This document shows, in pieces, positions 21,900-33,039 of a DNA stretch of 43,973 bases. The position numbers and the translations under genes were made by a program. Numbering within the stretch: position 1 is the first letter of the stretch; every line of letters begins with the position of its first letter. Source of the DNA: Octopus bimaculoides (Eukaryota); assembly GCF_001194135.2 (NCBI RefSeq), contig NC_068981.1, positions 79,407,610 to 79,451,582 on the forward strand. Reading direction: 5' to 3'. Below the pieces are notes generated by a model. The model did no database searches, was not told the DNA's origin, and worked only from the letters and a program-made list of their open reading frames with translations.

Positions 21900-22372
21900 T
21901 GAAGCAAATTCGATGACTGGCACCCATGCCAGTGGAGCGCTAACAGCATCATCCGAGCGGGATCACTGCCAGAACAGCTGTCTGGCTTCCGTTTCGGTGG
22001 CACGTAAAAATCATCATTTGAGCGTGATCGTTACCAGCATCGCCTTACTGGCACTTGTGCCATTGGCATGTGAACAAAACATTCGAACGAGGTCATTGCC
22101 AGTGCTGCTGGACTGACTCCTGTGCAGGTGGCACGTAAAAAACATCATTTGAGCGTGGCCGTTGCCAGTACCGCCTGACTAGCCCTTGTGCCAGCGACAC
22201 ATAAAAGCACCCACTACACTCTCGGAGTGGTTGGCGTTAGGAAGGGCATCCAGCTGTAGAAACTCTGCCAGATCAGATTGGAGCCTGGTGCAACCATTTG
22301 GTTTGCCAGTCCTCAGTCAAATCGTCCAACCCATGCTAGCATGGAAAGTGGACGTTAAATGATGATGATGAT
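21900..22372 (+). mobile_element. Young RTE 3'-UTR-derived repeat with internal tandem units and (GAT)n tail
   Basis: CpG-rich, with repeated GGTGGCACGTAAAAA..CATTTGAGCGTG units and a tail closely matching 27258-27427. Confidence 0.85.
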
Positions 22373-22492
22373 GATTTTATCCCTTTATTTTTATATTACT
22401 TATTTTCAAAGAGACTCTTTCTTTTCTCATTTTCCATTGATATCACAGAGAAAACTCAGCTTTTATCTGTTACTCTATTTAGAAACACTAAC

Positions 22493-22569
22493 CTGGAGTG
22501 CCAGTGCTCCCTGCAACTGACGGATCAAGGCTGTCTATGTCAAAACTAACATGGATTGGCCGCTTTCCT
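22493..22569 (-). CDS. ARG: Arginase exon (E/GKRPIHVSFDIDSLDPSVAGSTGTP/A)
   Basis: tctattttcag|AGGAAAG...ACTCCAG|gttagt. 77 nt, phase 2 to 1, with the metal-binding SFDxD motif. Confidence 0.95.
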
Positions 22570-23755
22570 CTGAAAATAGAATTAAAAAGACTAATTAGCA
22601 TTTGGGTTACTCTGTCAAATGTAATGCTTATCCAATTTATAATTTATTTCATGGTTTTTATCTGTCAACATTACAAAAACCTATTCTAGTTAGGAACAAA
22701 GAATACAGAGTCTAACTGCCATCTGATTTTGTTCAATATGTAGAAAAGGAATATCATGTATATAGTGCAAGCAATGGATATATAAAAGTGGAATGGGAGG
22801 ACTCCAGGAGTGATAGATTCACATGAGTAGTTACAAATAGGAACGACCATGAATTACTCATGTATCTCACTAAAAGTTATTGACAATTTTTGTTACCAAG
22901 GTGATTCAGTTAGTGCAATGGAGCATAGTAAGAAAGGTTTAGAAGAAGTAGAGGGAACAAAGAGTCTCTCTCTCCCTATATGTATGTGTGTGTGTGTATA
23001 TGATATATATATATAGTAAGAAATAGAAAATTCTTGGTACAGTATTATATATTTAAAAAAATGAATAGAAATGGCTTTTCTTATAATCTTTTCACTCTAA
23101 TAAAAAGTGGAAAAACTATCAGAAAAGCCACTTCTATTCATTTTTCAAATACACACACACACACACACATAAAAAGCTGACTGTCTGTAATAGGTATGAA
23201 AAAGTGTGATAACTACCAGAGCAAAGTACTAAATAGGGGAAAGTGTAGAGAGAAAGAAGTATGTTTCTGCTAGGGGTATAATGGTAATCTGTATGGAAGT
23301 TGGAATACAAGTAAACTGAAATTGGCTTGACATTAAACGCCTTAGCAGAAGTGATTTTTACATGTTGGGACATATGAAGGCTGTGCTAATGAATGATGAA
23401 TTCTAGATGACAAATTGCTCTGTAGTGATATTAGATGAGCAGAGGAAACAGAGGAAGTGGTGGCAAGGTCAGATATTTGGCCTCTGAAACAAAAAAATAA
23501 ATAAATATATGAAATAAAAAAAAAGACTAGGTAGGACTGAAATGCATTACTAACTTGAACTTTGATTTTTGCCCTGTCAACAAAAATAAATAAATAAATA
23601 AATAAATAAATAAATGAGAAAGAAAAAAAAAAGAAAAAAGTGAAAAAGGATTATGATATAAAATAAAAAAATGTAACAAATAAAACTTTGGAAAATTAAC
23701 TATGTTGCAGACCTTTGAAAACTAGACATGGAAAAAATGAATGTTTAAATAAAGG

Positions 23756-23756
<1 letters not shown>

Positions 23757-23811
<55 letters not shown>

Positions 23812-23818
23812 GTGGTGG
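23757..23818. repeat. (GAT)n/(GGT)n trinucleotide microsatellite
   Basis: A direct run of about 18 GAT units followed by GGT units. Confidence 0.95.
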
Positions 23819-24043
23819 TATTTTTTTTGCCTTTTTCTTATACAGTAGCGAGAATTTGCATAATTTGCAACACAATGTTCAGCTGATTTGATCTGATGTG
23901 TTAGATAAATTGTGTTTGTGAGAAATTGGGTCATCTTCACAGTATCTACATTAGAGTTTATCTCAACTGAAATAGTGGCAGTGATTAGTAAAAGCAATGA
24001 TGATGATATGGTCTGACAGCAAAAAGAAAAAAAAAAAAAAAAA

Positions 24044-24053
24044 NNNNNNNNNN
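24044..24053. other. Assembly gap (10 N) inside a poly-A run
   Basis: Ns flanked by A-tracts on both sides. Confidence 0.98.
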
Positions 24054-24315
24054 AAAAAAAAAAAAAAAAAAAAAAAAGCTAAAGTAGCTAATGGTTTCTT
24101 GGAGTGATGCAGCTGATGAGAAAGAAATATTCCTGAATATGATACCTGTTTGCTATCTATATCTGAGAGCTAAGTGGACTGAGGGAATGTAGAATAAAAA
24201 TGTTCTGTTCAGAAATATCTGCTACAAATTTGAACTTTTCAAGTAAGTAGTCCAATACCACATCTACTCAGCCATTTCACTTCTGACTGCAAGAATTTTT
24301 TAACTTTTATTATTA

Positions 24316-24473
24316 AGGAGTGGCTGTGCGGTAAGTAGCTTGCTTACCAACCACATGGTTCTGGGTTCAGTCCCACTATGTGGCACTTTGGGCAAGTGTC
24401 TTTCTACTATAGCCTCGGGCCGACCAAAGCCTTGTGAGTGGATTTGGTAGACGGAAACTGAAAGAAGCCCGTC

Positions 24474-24546
<73 letters not shown>

Positions 24547-24750
24547 TGTGTGTGTTTGTGTTTATCCTCCAACATCGCTTGACAACCGATGCTGGTGTGT
24601 TTATGTCCCCGTAACTTAGCGGTTCAGCAAAAGAGACTGATAGAATAAGTACTAGGCTTACAAAGAATAAGTCCTGGGGGCGATTTGCTCGACTAAAGGC
24701 AGTGCTCCAGCATGGCCACAGTCAAATGACTGAAACAAGTAAAAGAGTAA
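24316..24750 (+). mobile_element. Best-preserved tRNA-type SINE family A copy with internal ~70-bp (AT)n
   Basis: A-box-like TGGCTGTGCGG (24321-24331), B-box-like GGTTCAGTCCC (24364-24374), (AT)n at ~24474-24543 and an AAAAGAGTAA tail. Other copies lie at ~7676, 8460-8720, 27720-28140, 33940-34100, 34960-35135, 37215-37360, 40180-40340 and 42730-42920. Confidence 0.9.
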
Positions 24751-24889
24751 GGCTGATGCAGAATCGTTAGTATGTTGAGCGAAATGCTTAGTGGCATTTC
24801 ATCTGTTTTTATGTTCCAAGTTCAAATTCTTTGCCTTTCATCCTTTCAGGTTCGATAAAATGAGTTATAGTATTTACATTCTGAGATAA

Positions 24890-25140
24890 AACATGCAAGA
24901 GAAGTGACTATGATGGTATGGGCATGTGCTGCAGATGGAGGATGACGTCTGCATACATACCAGAGACTCAAAGTGGATGGTACTTGTGGAATAAGAGTCT
25001 GAGTGAGTTGGTAAAAATTTATTTTTACTATGTTACATCTGATGAAGGAGATGACAGGGGGCTGTGTCAAATGGCAATACACAGTGCTGCAAAAGACATG
25101 CCCTCCTGTGTAAGCTTGGCAAAACATTTGTTAAAAGAGT
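24890..25140 (+). mobile_element. RTE C-terminal fragment
   Basis: MQEK*L*WYGHVLQMEDD...KVDGTCG parallels the C-terminus of the 12968-14460 element. Confidence 0.55.
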
Positions 25141-25689
25141 GGGACAGGGTATATATGTAACCCCACCTGCTTATTGCCTATTCTATGTCTTCACGTCGCC
25201 CCATCATCTCTTATTTACTGTACCATGCCACCCCACAACTGAGAGGAAAGCAATTGATCTGTGCATAGTGAATATCCCTCACCCTCAACCACCCATATCT
25301 TGTTACCCTTCCTTCCTCTATCCTTCAGAATCTTAATACTTGAATGGGGACAGATGTATTCTAGCAACATTGATTCTACCTCCCTAATTCTTCTCTCTTG
25401 CACATACACACACATACACACACACACATGTATATCTTTCAGTAATGTATACTGGCAATAGATGTAAACATTAAGAAATATGAAAAAAAACTTTCCTTTT
25501 GAAGGAAATTTGGCTACTGTTTGTAGCAGACAGAACAACCAAAGATTTTCGCTGTCATTGCTTCACCTTAAATTTATGTAATCCTGTGTGATTAAGAAGC
25601 TTGCTTTGCAACCATGTGGTTTTAGGTTTAGTTCCACTATGCAGTTATTGATAAAACTTAAGTGAGAGGCATATTGGGTTTATGCCAAG

Positions 25690-26300
25690 ACCAGGTACTA
25701 CCAATGCACTCTTAGTAAAATCAAATACAGAACATTTTAGCTAAGGGTTGACCACTATATGTAGCATTTGTTGACCTGGAAAACTGCTAAGAAAATCAGG
25801 TGTAGATGGCTGGTTTGTAAGAGATGCTGACAGCAGTGTGAAAGTAGTGCCTGTCAGGGCTTGGTTCTTAGCCCCCTGCTGTTTATCAGAGTTCTCCAAA
25901 CCATAACAAAGTGGTTCAAGACCAGTTGCTTGTGAAAGATTTAGAGAAGAAATTCCAGATTTCGAAGCAAAATCTAGAATCAAGAAGCCTTAGAATAAAC
26001 TTAGCAAAGGTTAAGCTTTTAGAAAGAAGGAAAGGAGCCAGCATTCTGCTACCATCAGAAATATGTTTGTGCTCTGTGTAAAAAAAAAAGTCTGCAAGAA
26101 TTTCATAGTGTACTCAAATGTAAACTATGGGTCCACAAGGTATAATAGGATTACAGACAGGCTAAGAGAGAAGAAAGACTACTGTGTGGTAGATGCACAG
26201 GATTGGTTGGCTGTCAGAGTATGCCTGAGAAATATATTGTTTCAGTTACTTGGAAAGCTCCTTAAAAGTAGTCAATAGCTTCTCTTATTTAGGTGGCCAA
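25690..26300 (+). mobile_element. Decayed RTE reverse-transcriptase fragment with Cys/His finger
   Basis: YVAFVDLE, QGLVLSPLLFIRVLQTITKWFKTSC, EKKFQISKQNLESRSLRINLAK, then CALCKK..NFIV..CKLWVHK...CGRCTG across frameshifts. Confidence 0.75.
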
Positions 26301-26798
26301 ATTAACAGTGGAGATGGGTGCTCCAGAAGCATGGTCACTAGATTAGGACCAATATGGAGAAATTCTTGGAGCTATTACTTTTGTTAATAACAAAGGGTTT
26401 CTTTCTTTGAGTGAAGGGTAGATTATATAATGCTTGTGTATGAAATACAATGTTGCAAAGTAGAAAATCATGAGCACTTCACACAGAGAATGTGCAAAAG
26501 CTGAAAAGGAATGTAAAGAAATGAAGTAAATATGCTCCATTGGATGAATAATGTTAGTGTGCATGAACAACAGACTGCAAATGAGTTAAGAGAAAAGATT
26601 ATACAATATGAACAGTAGTGAAGGTTGATTACAGGAATCTGAAACTCATGAAAGTGATAATGAAGTTCAGCAAGATGTGAGATGCTGGGTTGGAAAAGAC
26701 CTATTTTGTAATCCATACAAGCAAAAGAAAATGGATATAAAAATGATGATAAGTGATTAAAAGAATTGTAAATAATTAACAGAAAGCCATTAACTCAC

Positions 26799-26903
26799 TC
26801 AGGATCAATTGTTGAAAGGGCCATCTTCAAAACAGCTGCAATTCCTAAAGCATCTAATTCTTGCATTGAAAAAGTACAAATCCCAAGTTTTTCAATAAGC
26901 CAT
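26799..26903 (-). CDS. ARG: Arginase exon (R/WLIEKLGICTFSMQELDALGIAAVLKMALSTIDP/E)
   Basis: ttttttttctag|ATGGCTT...GATCCTGA|gtgagt. 105 nt, phase 2 to 2, with the FSMxxxDxLGI motif. Confidence 0.95.
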
Positions 26904-27143
26904 CTAGAAAAAAAAAGTGTTATAGACCAAGAGTAAGAAAAAATATTTCATTTTTGTTTTTACAAGATTCTTGATGTGAAATTGTCTTGAAACAGGTGTT
27001 ATTGCTTTGGGGGATGGTCATTTTACCAATATAAAAATCTTGTACAGGTTCTATTTCACCTTTTTTTAAAATTATGATTAGTTACCTTGCTAACTAATTA
27101 ATTAACCAATTAGCTTATTAATTGGTTTAGATACATTGAGGAT

Positions 27144-27427
27144 TTTCGAGCGAGATCGTTGCCAGTGCCCCTGGACTGGCTTGTGCGGGTGGCACATAAA
27201 AGACACCATTTCGAGCGTGGCCGTTTTCGTGCGGGTGACACGTAAAAGCACCCACTACACTCTCTGAGTGGTTGGCGTTAGGAAGGGCATCCAGCTGTAG
27301 AAACTCTGCCAAATCAGACTGGAGCCTGGTGTTGCCATCCGGTTTCACCAGTCCTCAGTCAAATCGTCCAACCCATGCTAGCATGGAAAGCGGACGTTAA
27401 ACGATGATGATGATGATGATGATGATG
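27144..27427 (+). mobile_element. Very young RTE 3'-UTR-derived repeat
   Basis: CpG-intact with a (GAT)n tail. 27258-27417 is identical to the reverse complement of 43814-43973. Confidence 0.9.
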
Positions 27428-28467
27428 TGAGAGTCCTGGAACAATGAAGGGTACATCATTGATAAGGTTGCAAATGACAACAAAACAACACTGACTGATT
27501 GACTGGTCAAATGGTTTAGTGAAGTAATCACTTAGTTAATCAATTAATTAGTAAACTAGTTGACTAATAATGACTAAAAAGAGGTGAATTAAAACGAATG
27601 TGTACATTTTCATTGGGAAAATTACCCTTTCAAAATACAACAAAGTTTAAAAAATATTTCAATATCAAATGAATATGGAAAAAAATTTAATGATTTTATT
27701 TTAAATACACAAATAATGAGAATGTGTGGTAAGAAGCTTGCTTCCCAACCACATGGTTCCACGTTCAGTCTCACTTAATGGCATCTTAGGCAAGTGTCCT
27801 CTACTACAGCCTCAGGCCAACCAAAGCTTTGTGAGTAGATTTGGTAGATGGAAACTGAAAGAGGCCTGTTGTGTGTGTGTGTGTGTATTCAGATATGAGT
27901 TAAAAGCAGCTTGAGAGATATAAACAATATTAAACACACATGCCTTGTGTATGTGTGTTCAATATTATGTGTATATATATGTATATTTTTGCATCTGTGT
28001 CCCTCAGCTGTGTTTACGTTCCCATAACTAGGCTTAACAAAAAACATGCTGGGGTTGATTCATTTCACTAAAAGTTCTTCAAGCTGTGTGCCCCAGCATG
28101 GCCACAGTCTAATGACTGAAACAAGTAAAAAGTAAAAAGGAAACAGTAAATAAGTTATATAGATATATAAAAACAGAAAAACTACATATTGGTGTACCAA
28201 GAGGTGAAATTGAAACTAAAGCTAGAAGAGTAGACCCATCGCAAATGGCAATCTCTTTTCTTTAACTGACAAAACATCAGCAGGTATCACTTTTTTGTTT
28301 TATTTCTAATGTAATACTAAAGCAGAACATAACTACAGTTTATAGTTATAGGTCTTACCACAAAAATACATGCAAGCGCACACACAAATATTACTATTTG
28401 ACTAAAGTTATAAACAATATATAACCTTATGTATTGAGTCCTATTTCTCCTGTTTGTTCCACAAAAC

Positions 28468-28510
<43 letters not shown>

Positions 28511-29489
28511 TGCGTGCGTGCGTGCGTGCGTGCGTGTGTGTGTTACCCAAAAGGAAAACATTGAAATATACTTGATAAATGAGTTTATTTGAAATAAACT
28601 AAGTTGCATTTTCATCACATTAATCTATTATAGATGCTTACAATATATGACACCAATTGTTAGTTGGATTATAATGTTACCACCCAGTTTAGGCTGTAAT
28701 GCAACAGTCTTTACTACTATGACAGGGGGTCAAGTTATTCAGCAGCATGTATTTAACAACAACCACCACCCCCCATCACCACAAATAAAAACCAATTACT
28801 GAGGTGAATCACTTAGAGCTGTCATTCACATGAAAATTAACAGTTAAGTTGAGAAGAGGTCACTTGTTTAGTGTAGAGCATCAAAAACCTAAACAGAAAT
28901 ACTGGCACAGTGAAGAGAGAACATAGATTCAATCACTATTATTTTAATCATTTCAGAAAATACTTAGGACAACTCATGGTATGTTTCTGTCTTTTACACT
29001 TCTTCAGATAGATTGCAGCATGCTTGACAAAGTAGTCATGGAAAAATAGCAAATTTGAATGGTAAAAATTGAGGTTAATTTCTGAATGAAAATTAATAGT
29101 TAAGAAAGGTAAGTATATTTAATGTAGAGAATCAGTAATCTAAGTTAGAAATATTGATGTATAAGAGAAATTATATGTGACATACAGGAGAGATGACTGT
29201 GTTTAGGCATGTGATGCATATGGATAATAGTAGCTGTACAAAAAAATATGATGAAGGGTTTTGGGCAAAAAAACAAGATCTACAATATCTGGAGAATTTC
29301 ATCTACTCCCCCAGCCTGGAAGAATGAATAAAATTTAGTGCAACTCTGTAAGACCACTATCTAGTATGCAAAAGAAGCTTTCATGTATCACATGGTCTTT
29401 AGGATTTCTCACCTCCCAAACTGCAGCCAATTCATCTGGTCCCTTGCCAAAAATACCTCCACCAACTTTGTAAAGTCTGCTTTACATCC

Positions 29490-29880
29490 TCTTCTAAATA
29501 ATGATAGCTATCTTTAATCTGATTTCTGTGCCTATAATCACTTATGGTTGTGAATGTCGGGTAATGATTAAAAGAGTACAATTGCAAATATAAGTAGCCA
29601 AAATGGGGTTCTTCCCAAGGTTCTCTGGAGTAATGTTACTTGACAGGGTGCATAGCTCAGAAATCAGGGAGTCTCTCTGGGTTGAACTGCTACTTCTCTA
29701 CAGTGAGAAATGATAACTCCAATACTATGGACATGTAATTATAATGTCTTAGGAAAGGATCACAAGATGGATTCTTCAAGTCAAGCCAACTGACAGGAGA
29801 TCTCAGGGTAGATCAAGAATGAGATGGTTGGATGATATCTTTAATCTCAGTTGGTCATACTTGGGAATCCAGCCAAAAAA
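29490..29880 (+). mobile_element. RTE (Rex3/Expander-like) LINE C-terminal fragment
   Basis: ISVPIITYGCECRVM...KMGFFPRFSGVMLLDRVHSSEIRESLWVELLLL...YYGHV...GRSRMRWLDDIFNLSWSYLGI. Confidence 0.75.
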
Positions 29881-30028
29881 TCTAAAGATGGTTGTTTCTG
29901 ATAGGATCTTATAGAGGGTGGGCTTTAGGACTCTACCCTTATGGACTACTAGGAACAGTGGGTAGTGAAGATGAATGGGTGGATGGTTTGTTGTAGTTAG
30001 TGTAACATCAACAAGATAGATACGCTAC

Positions 30029-30085
30029 CTCTCTTCTGCATCAACATCACGAAGGCCAATATAGACAAGATCATGTGCTGATAAA
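30029..30085 (-). CDS. ARG: Arginase exon (x/LSAHDLVYIGLRDVDAEE/R), the most 5' exon found
   Basis: tttttctctttattgtag|TTTATCAGC...GAAGAGAG|gtagcg. 57 nt, phase 2 to 2, with the YIGLRDVD motif. Confidence 0.93.
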
Positions 30086-30614
30086 CTACAATAAAGAGAA
30101 AAAAAAAAAAAAATTAACAAATGGAGCAAATATAACTACCATATTTTCTGGCATACAGATCAAAGTTTCAGACCAAAATTTGCAGCCAAAAAAAGATAGG
30201 CTGACTTCTACACCAAAGCAACTTTGGAGAATCAAAAGTTCTATGTGAAATGCAGGAGGATTTGAAAAGATAGAAACAATGTTTGAATATTTACAATACA
30301 TGTTTATAATATAGTACATTGACCTGTATGCCAGAATATACAGTAATTACTTTATAAATTTCAGTAATTTTAGATAATTGAATATGTTTAAAAATAAAAA
30401 CAAAAAATGTCAAAACATGTTTTTAATATTTGTTGTTTCATCTGAAATATCTACAATATTCCATGTTGACATTTAATGTCAAAGGTTTAAGGTATTTTTG
30501 AAATCCCTTACATTTTCAATAGCAGAAGCAGCATCAAACATCCTTCAATTTGCAGAACTTCCAAATTGTTATTTGTGCTCTAGGTTATCACACAGATTGT
30601 GTCAATGATGTTAG

Positions 30615-31370
30615 CAGATGCAAGGTATCAAGGTACAATGTGTCAAACTGCTCAGAGATGTGAACTCTGGATATACAACTGATACAACTTTGCTATCAAC
30701 ATCGTTAGGGGTCCCATTTGAGAAGGGTATCAAGCAAGGAGATATCTTCTCTTCAAAACTCTTTACCGCATGTCTAGAAATAGTCATCAAGGACATTGAC
30801 TGGACAGATGTCAAGAACATTAATGACAAGCAACTATCACATCTGTGATTCACAGATGGTATCGTACTCATCACTGAATCCATAGACCAGCTGCAAGAAA
30901 TGCTGACAGAGCTGGACACTCATAGCTTAGAAGTAGGTTTTAAAATGAATTGTATTAAAACGAAATATATGTGTTGGAAGATGTAGCACAAGGATGAACA
31001 GAGGTGGGAAGCAATGAAATCAAGGAGGTAAAGGAGTACATCTACCTAGGGCACAAAGTGAATATGCACCAAGATATGGATGCTGAAATCTCAGAGGATT
31101 GTGGCATGATGGAAGGCATTTAACTCAATAAAGGGTGTACTCAAAAACAAAGCTAAACAATACCATACATACAAGCCAGACTCTTCAATAGCACTATCCT
31201 ACCTGTGCTCTTATACGCAAGTGAGATGTGTGTTACTACAAAAGAGGATAGAACATCAATTGGCTACAATGCAAAAGGCCATGGAAAGATCCATGCTAAG
31301 AATATCATTAAGAGATATCATTAAGAATATCATTAAGAGATATCATTAAGAGATTCGAAGTGAGATAATG
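30615..31370 (+). mobile_element. RTE-clade RT fragment (further lineage)
   Basis: EKGIKQGDIFSSKLFTACLE...LSHL*FTDGIVLI...EVKEYIYLGH...LFNSTILPVLLYASE...QKAMERSMLRISLRD, ending in a short AAGAGATATCATT tandem. Confidence 0.85.
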
Positions 31371-31790
31371 CTGTATAACAGCATCTGATGGTCTGGTTGA
31401 TACAATGATGTAATATTTACAAAGTGCTTTTAAAAATCTTTCTCAAACCACCAAGCTCCCTCAATTTCTTTAATATCTATTTAATAATTATCTCACAATG
31501 ACCAGAGATTTTTTCATTTTTCTATAAAGACCACACTTTGTAAAGTGACTTTATGCATAGTTAGTCAGAAATGGTAGAGCAGTGAACTAAGAAATATTTT
31601 TTGTGGTGTTTAGTAAAATTTTGTGTTAAAACCTTTTTTGGAGTTTGACTTTGCCTTTTATCTAGTCAACTCTTTCTATAACCAAAAGTCGTGTGTTTTT
31701 TTTTGCACTTTTTCATCATCATCATTATTATTATTATTATTGCATGCCAGACAAAATGCTTAGTGGTATTTCGTATGCTGCTACATTCTG

Positions 31791-32787
31791 GTTCTTTGGA
31801 TTTCTCCTTTGCGCTCCATCTCCAATAATCTTCCAAATGTTTTTTATTGAGTTGAGATCATGACTTTGAGGTTGCCAGACTATGAGATCAACTCCATCAC
31901 TCAAAAAATCTTTGACTCTCTTCACAACAGAGCATGTTGTCCTGCACAAAGATGAGGAGGTTGAGCTGATGAGGATCGGAGGTGTGGAAGGACATGCTGT
32001 CTAAGAATCTGCTTGTAGAGTTCAGCATTGACAGTCCCTTGTAGGTGAATAAGTGGACCAGAACCAGCAGCAGGGATCACTCCCCATACCATTATACTGC
32101 CTCCTCCATATTTCAGTCTTCTTCACACATGCAGGAGATAACTTTTCACCACTTCTTTGTCGGATGTACATCCTGCCATCGGAACCAATCACATTAAACA
32201 TTGATTCATTGCTAAAATGAACTTGCGACCAGTGTTCTTCTGTCCAAATGACGTTTGTGAGCGAAACGAAGACAGGCTCTTTGGTTCTTCTTGGAGATGA
32301 GAGGTTTCTTTGCCAGTGCCTGAGCAAGCAACCCAGAACCTTGTACCCTCCAAGAAACTGACATCAGAAGTAGAGCTAAACTCATGGGATATCACTGCAG
32401 CACTCTTAAACTTATCCTTCAGTGACATTTTAACCATAATACAATCTTGTCTTGGTTAAGTTTTATGAGGTCTGCCAGTTTTGGGTTTAGCATCTGTCGA
32501 TTCTGATGACTTAAAATGAGCTACAATTCATTGCACAACACTTCTAGACCTTCCTACAGTAGTTGCTATCACAGAATTGGATGTGCCCTCTTGGTGAAGG
32601 CACACAATCCTTTGTTTTTCATCATAGGATACTAGTCATCTCTCACAAGCCACCATGTTAACAGTTGAATGTTCCAATAATGTAAGATCATAACCAGTAA
32701 CTATTAGCACATTAACAATCTTCTAAAGAACAAATACCTTAGTTAGTAGTTCATTTTTTCTAAGTGACCCTTAACTTTTGGCCACCG
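31791..32787 (-). mobile_element. Tc1-family transposon, dead and 3'-truncated
   Basis: Terminus CGGTGGCCAAAAGT. The N-terminus reads EKQRIVCLHQEG...KTGRPHKT. The catalytic region reads WSQVHFSNES, FVQDN and WQPQSHDLNSIKNIW (first D reads N, E reads K), with frameshifts. Confidence 0.9.
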
Positions 32788-33039
32788 CAATTTGGAAGAT
32801 TGTTTGTTTATTTCCTCATAACTTATGAAATATTTATTTCATTATTTGAAATTTTCATGAAAGATAGATTTTAGATATATCTAAATATATATAAAATATC
32901 TAGTCTCTGTGTGTTGTTAATCTTCTATAATAACTATTTTAATACACTTGTTTGTACTGACCTTTATATTATGGCTGCTACTGTAATTTCATTTATGCAT
33001 TTGTTTTGGATGGTGAACTAAGTTGATAAATAATAATAA

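Noticed and set aside
23722-23997. ORF with a long poly-His run
   Set aside because: It is the reverse complement of a (GAT)n microsatellite inside an arginase intron, with no splice or homology support.
24021-24077. Hidden arginase exon in the N gap
   Set aside because: The flanking exons join in phase as IDPE-GKRPIH with no missing residues.
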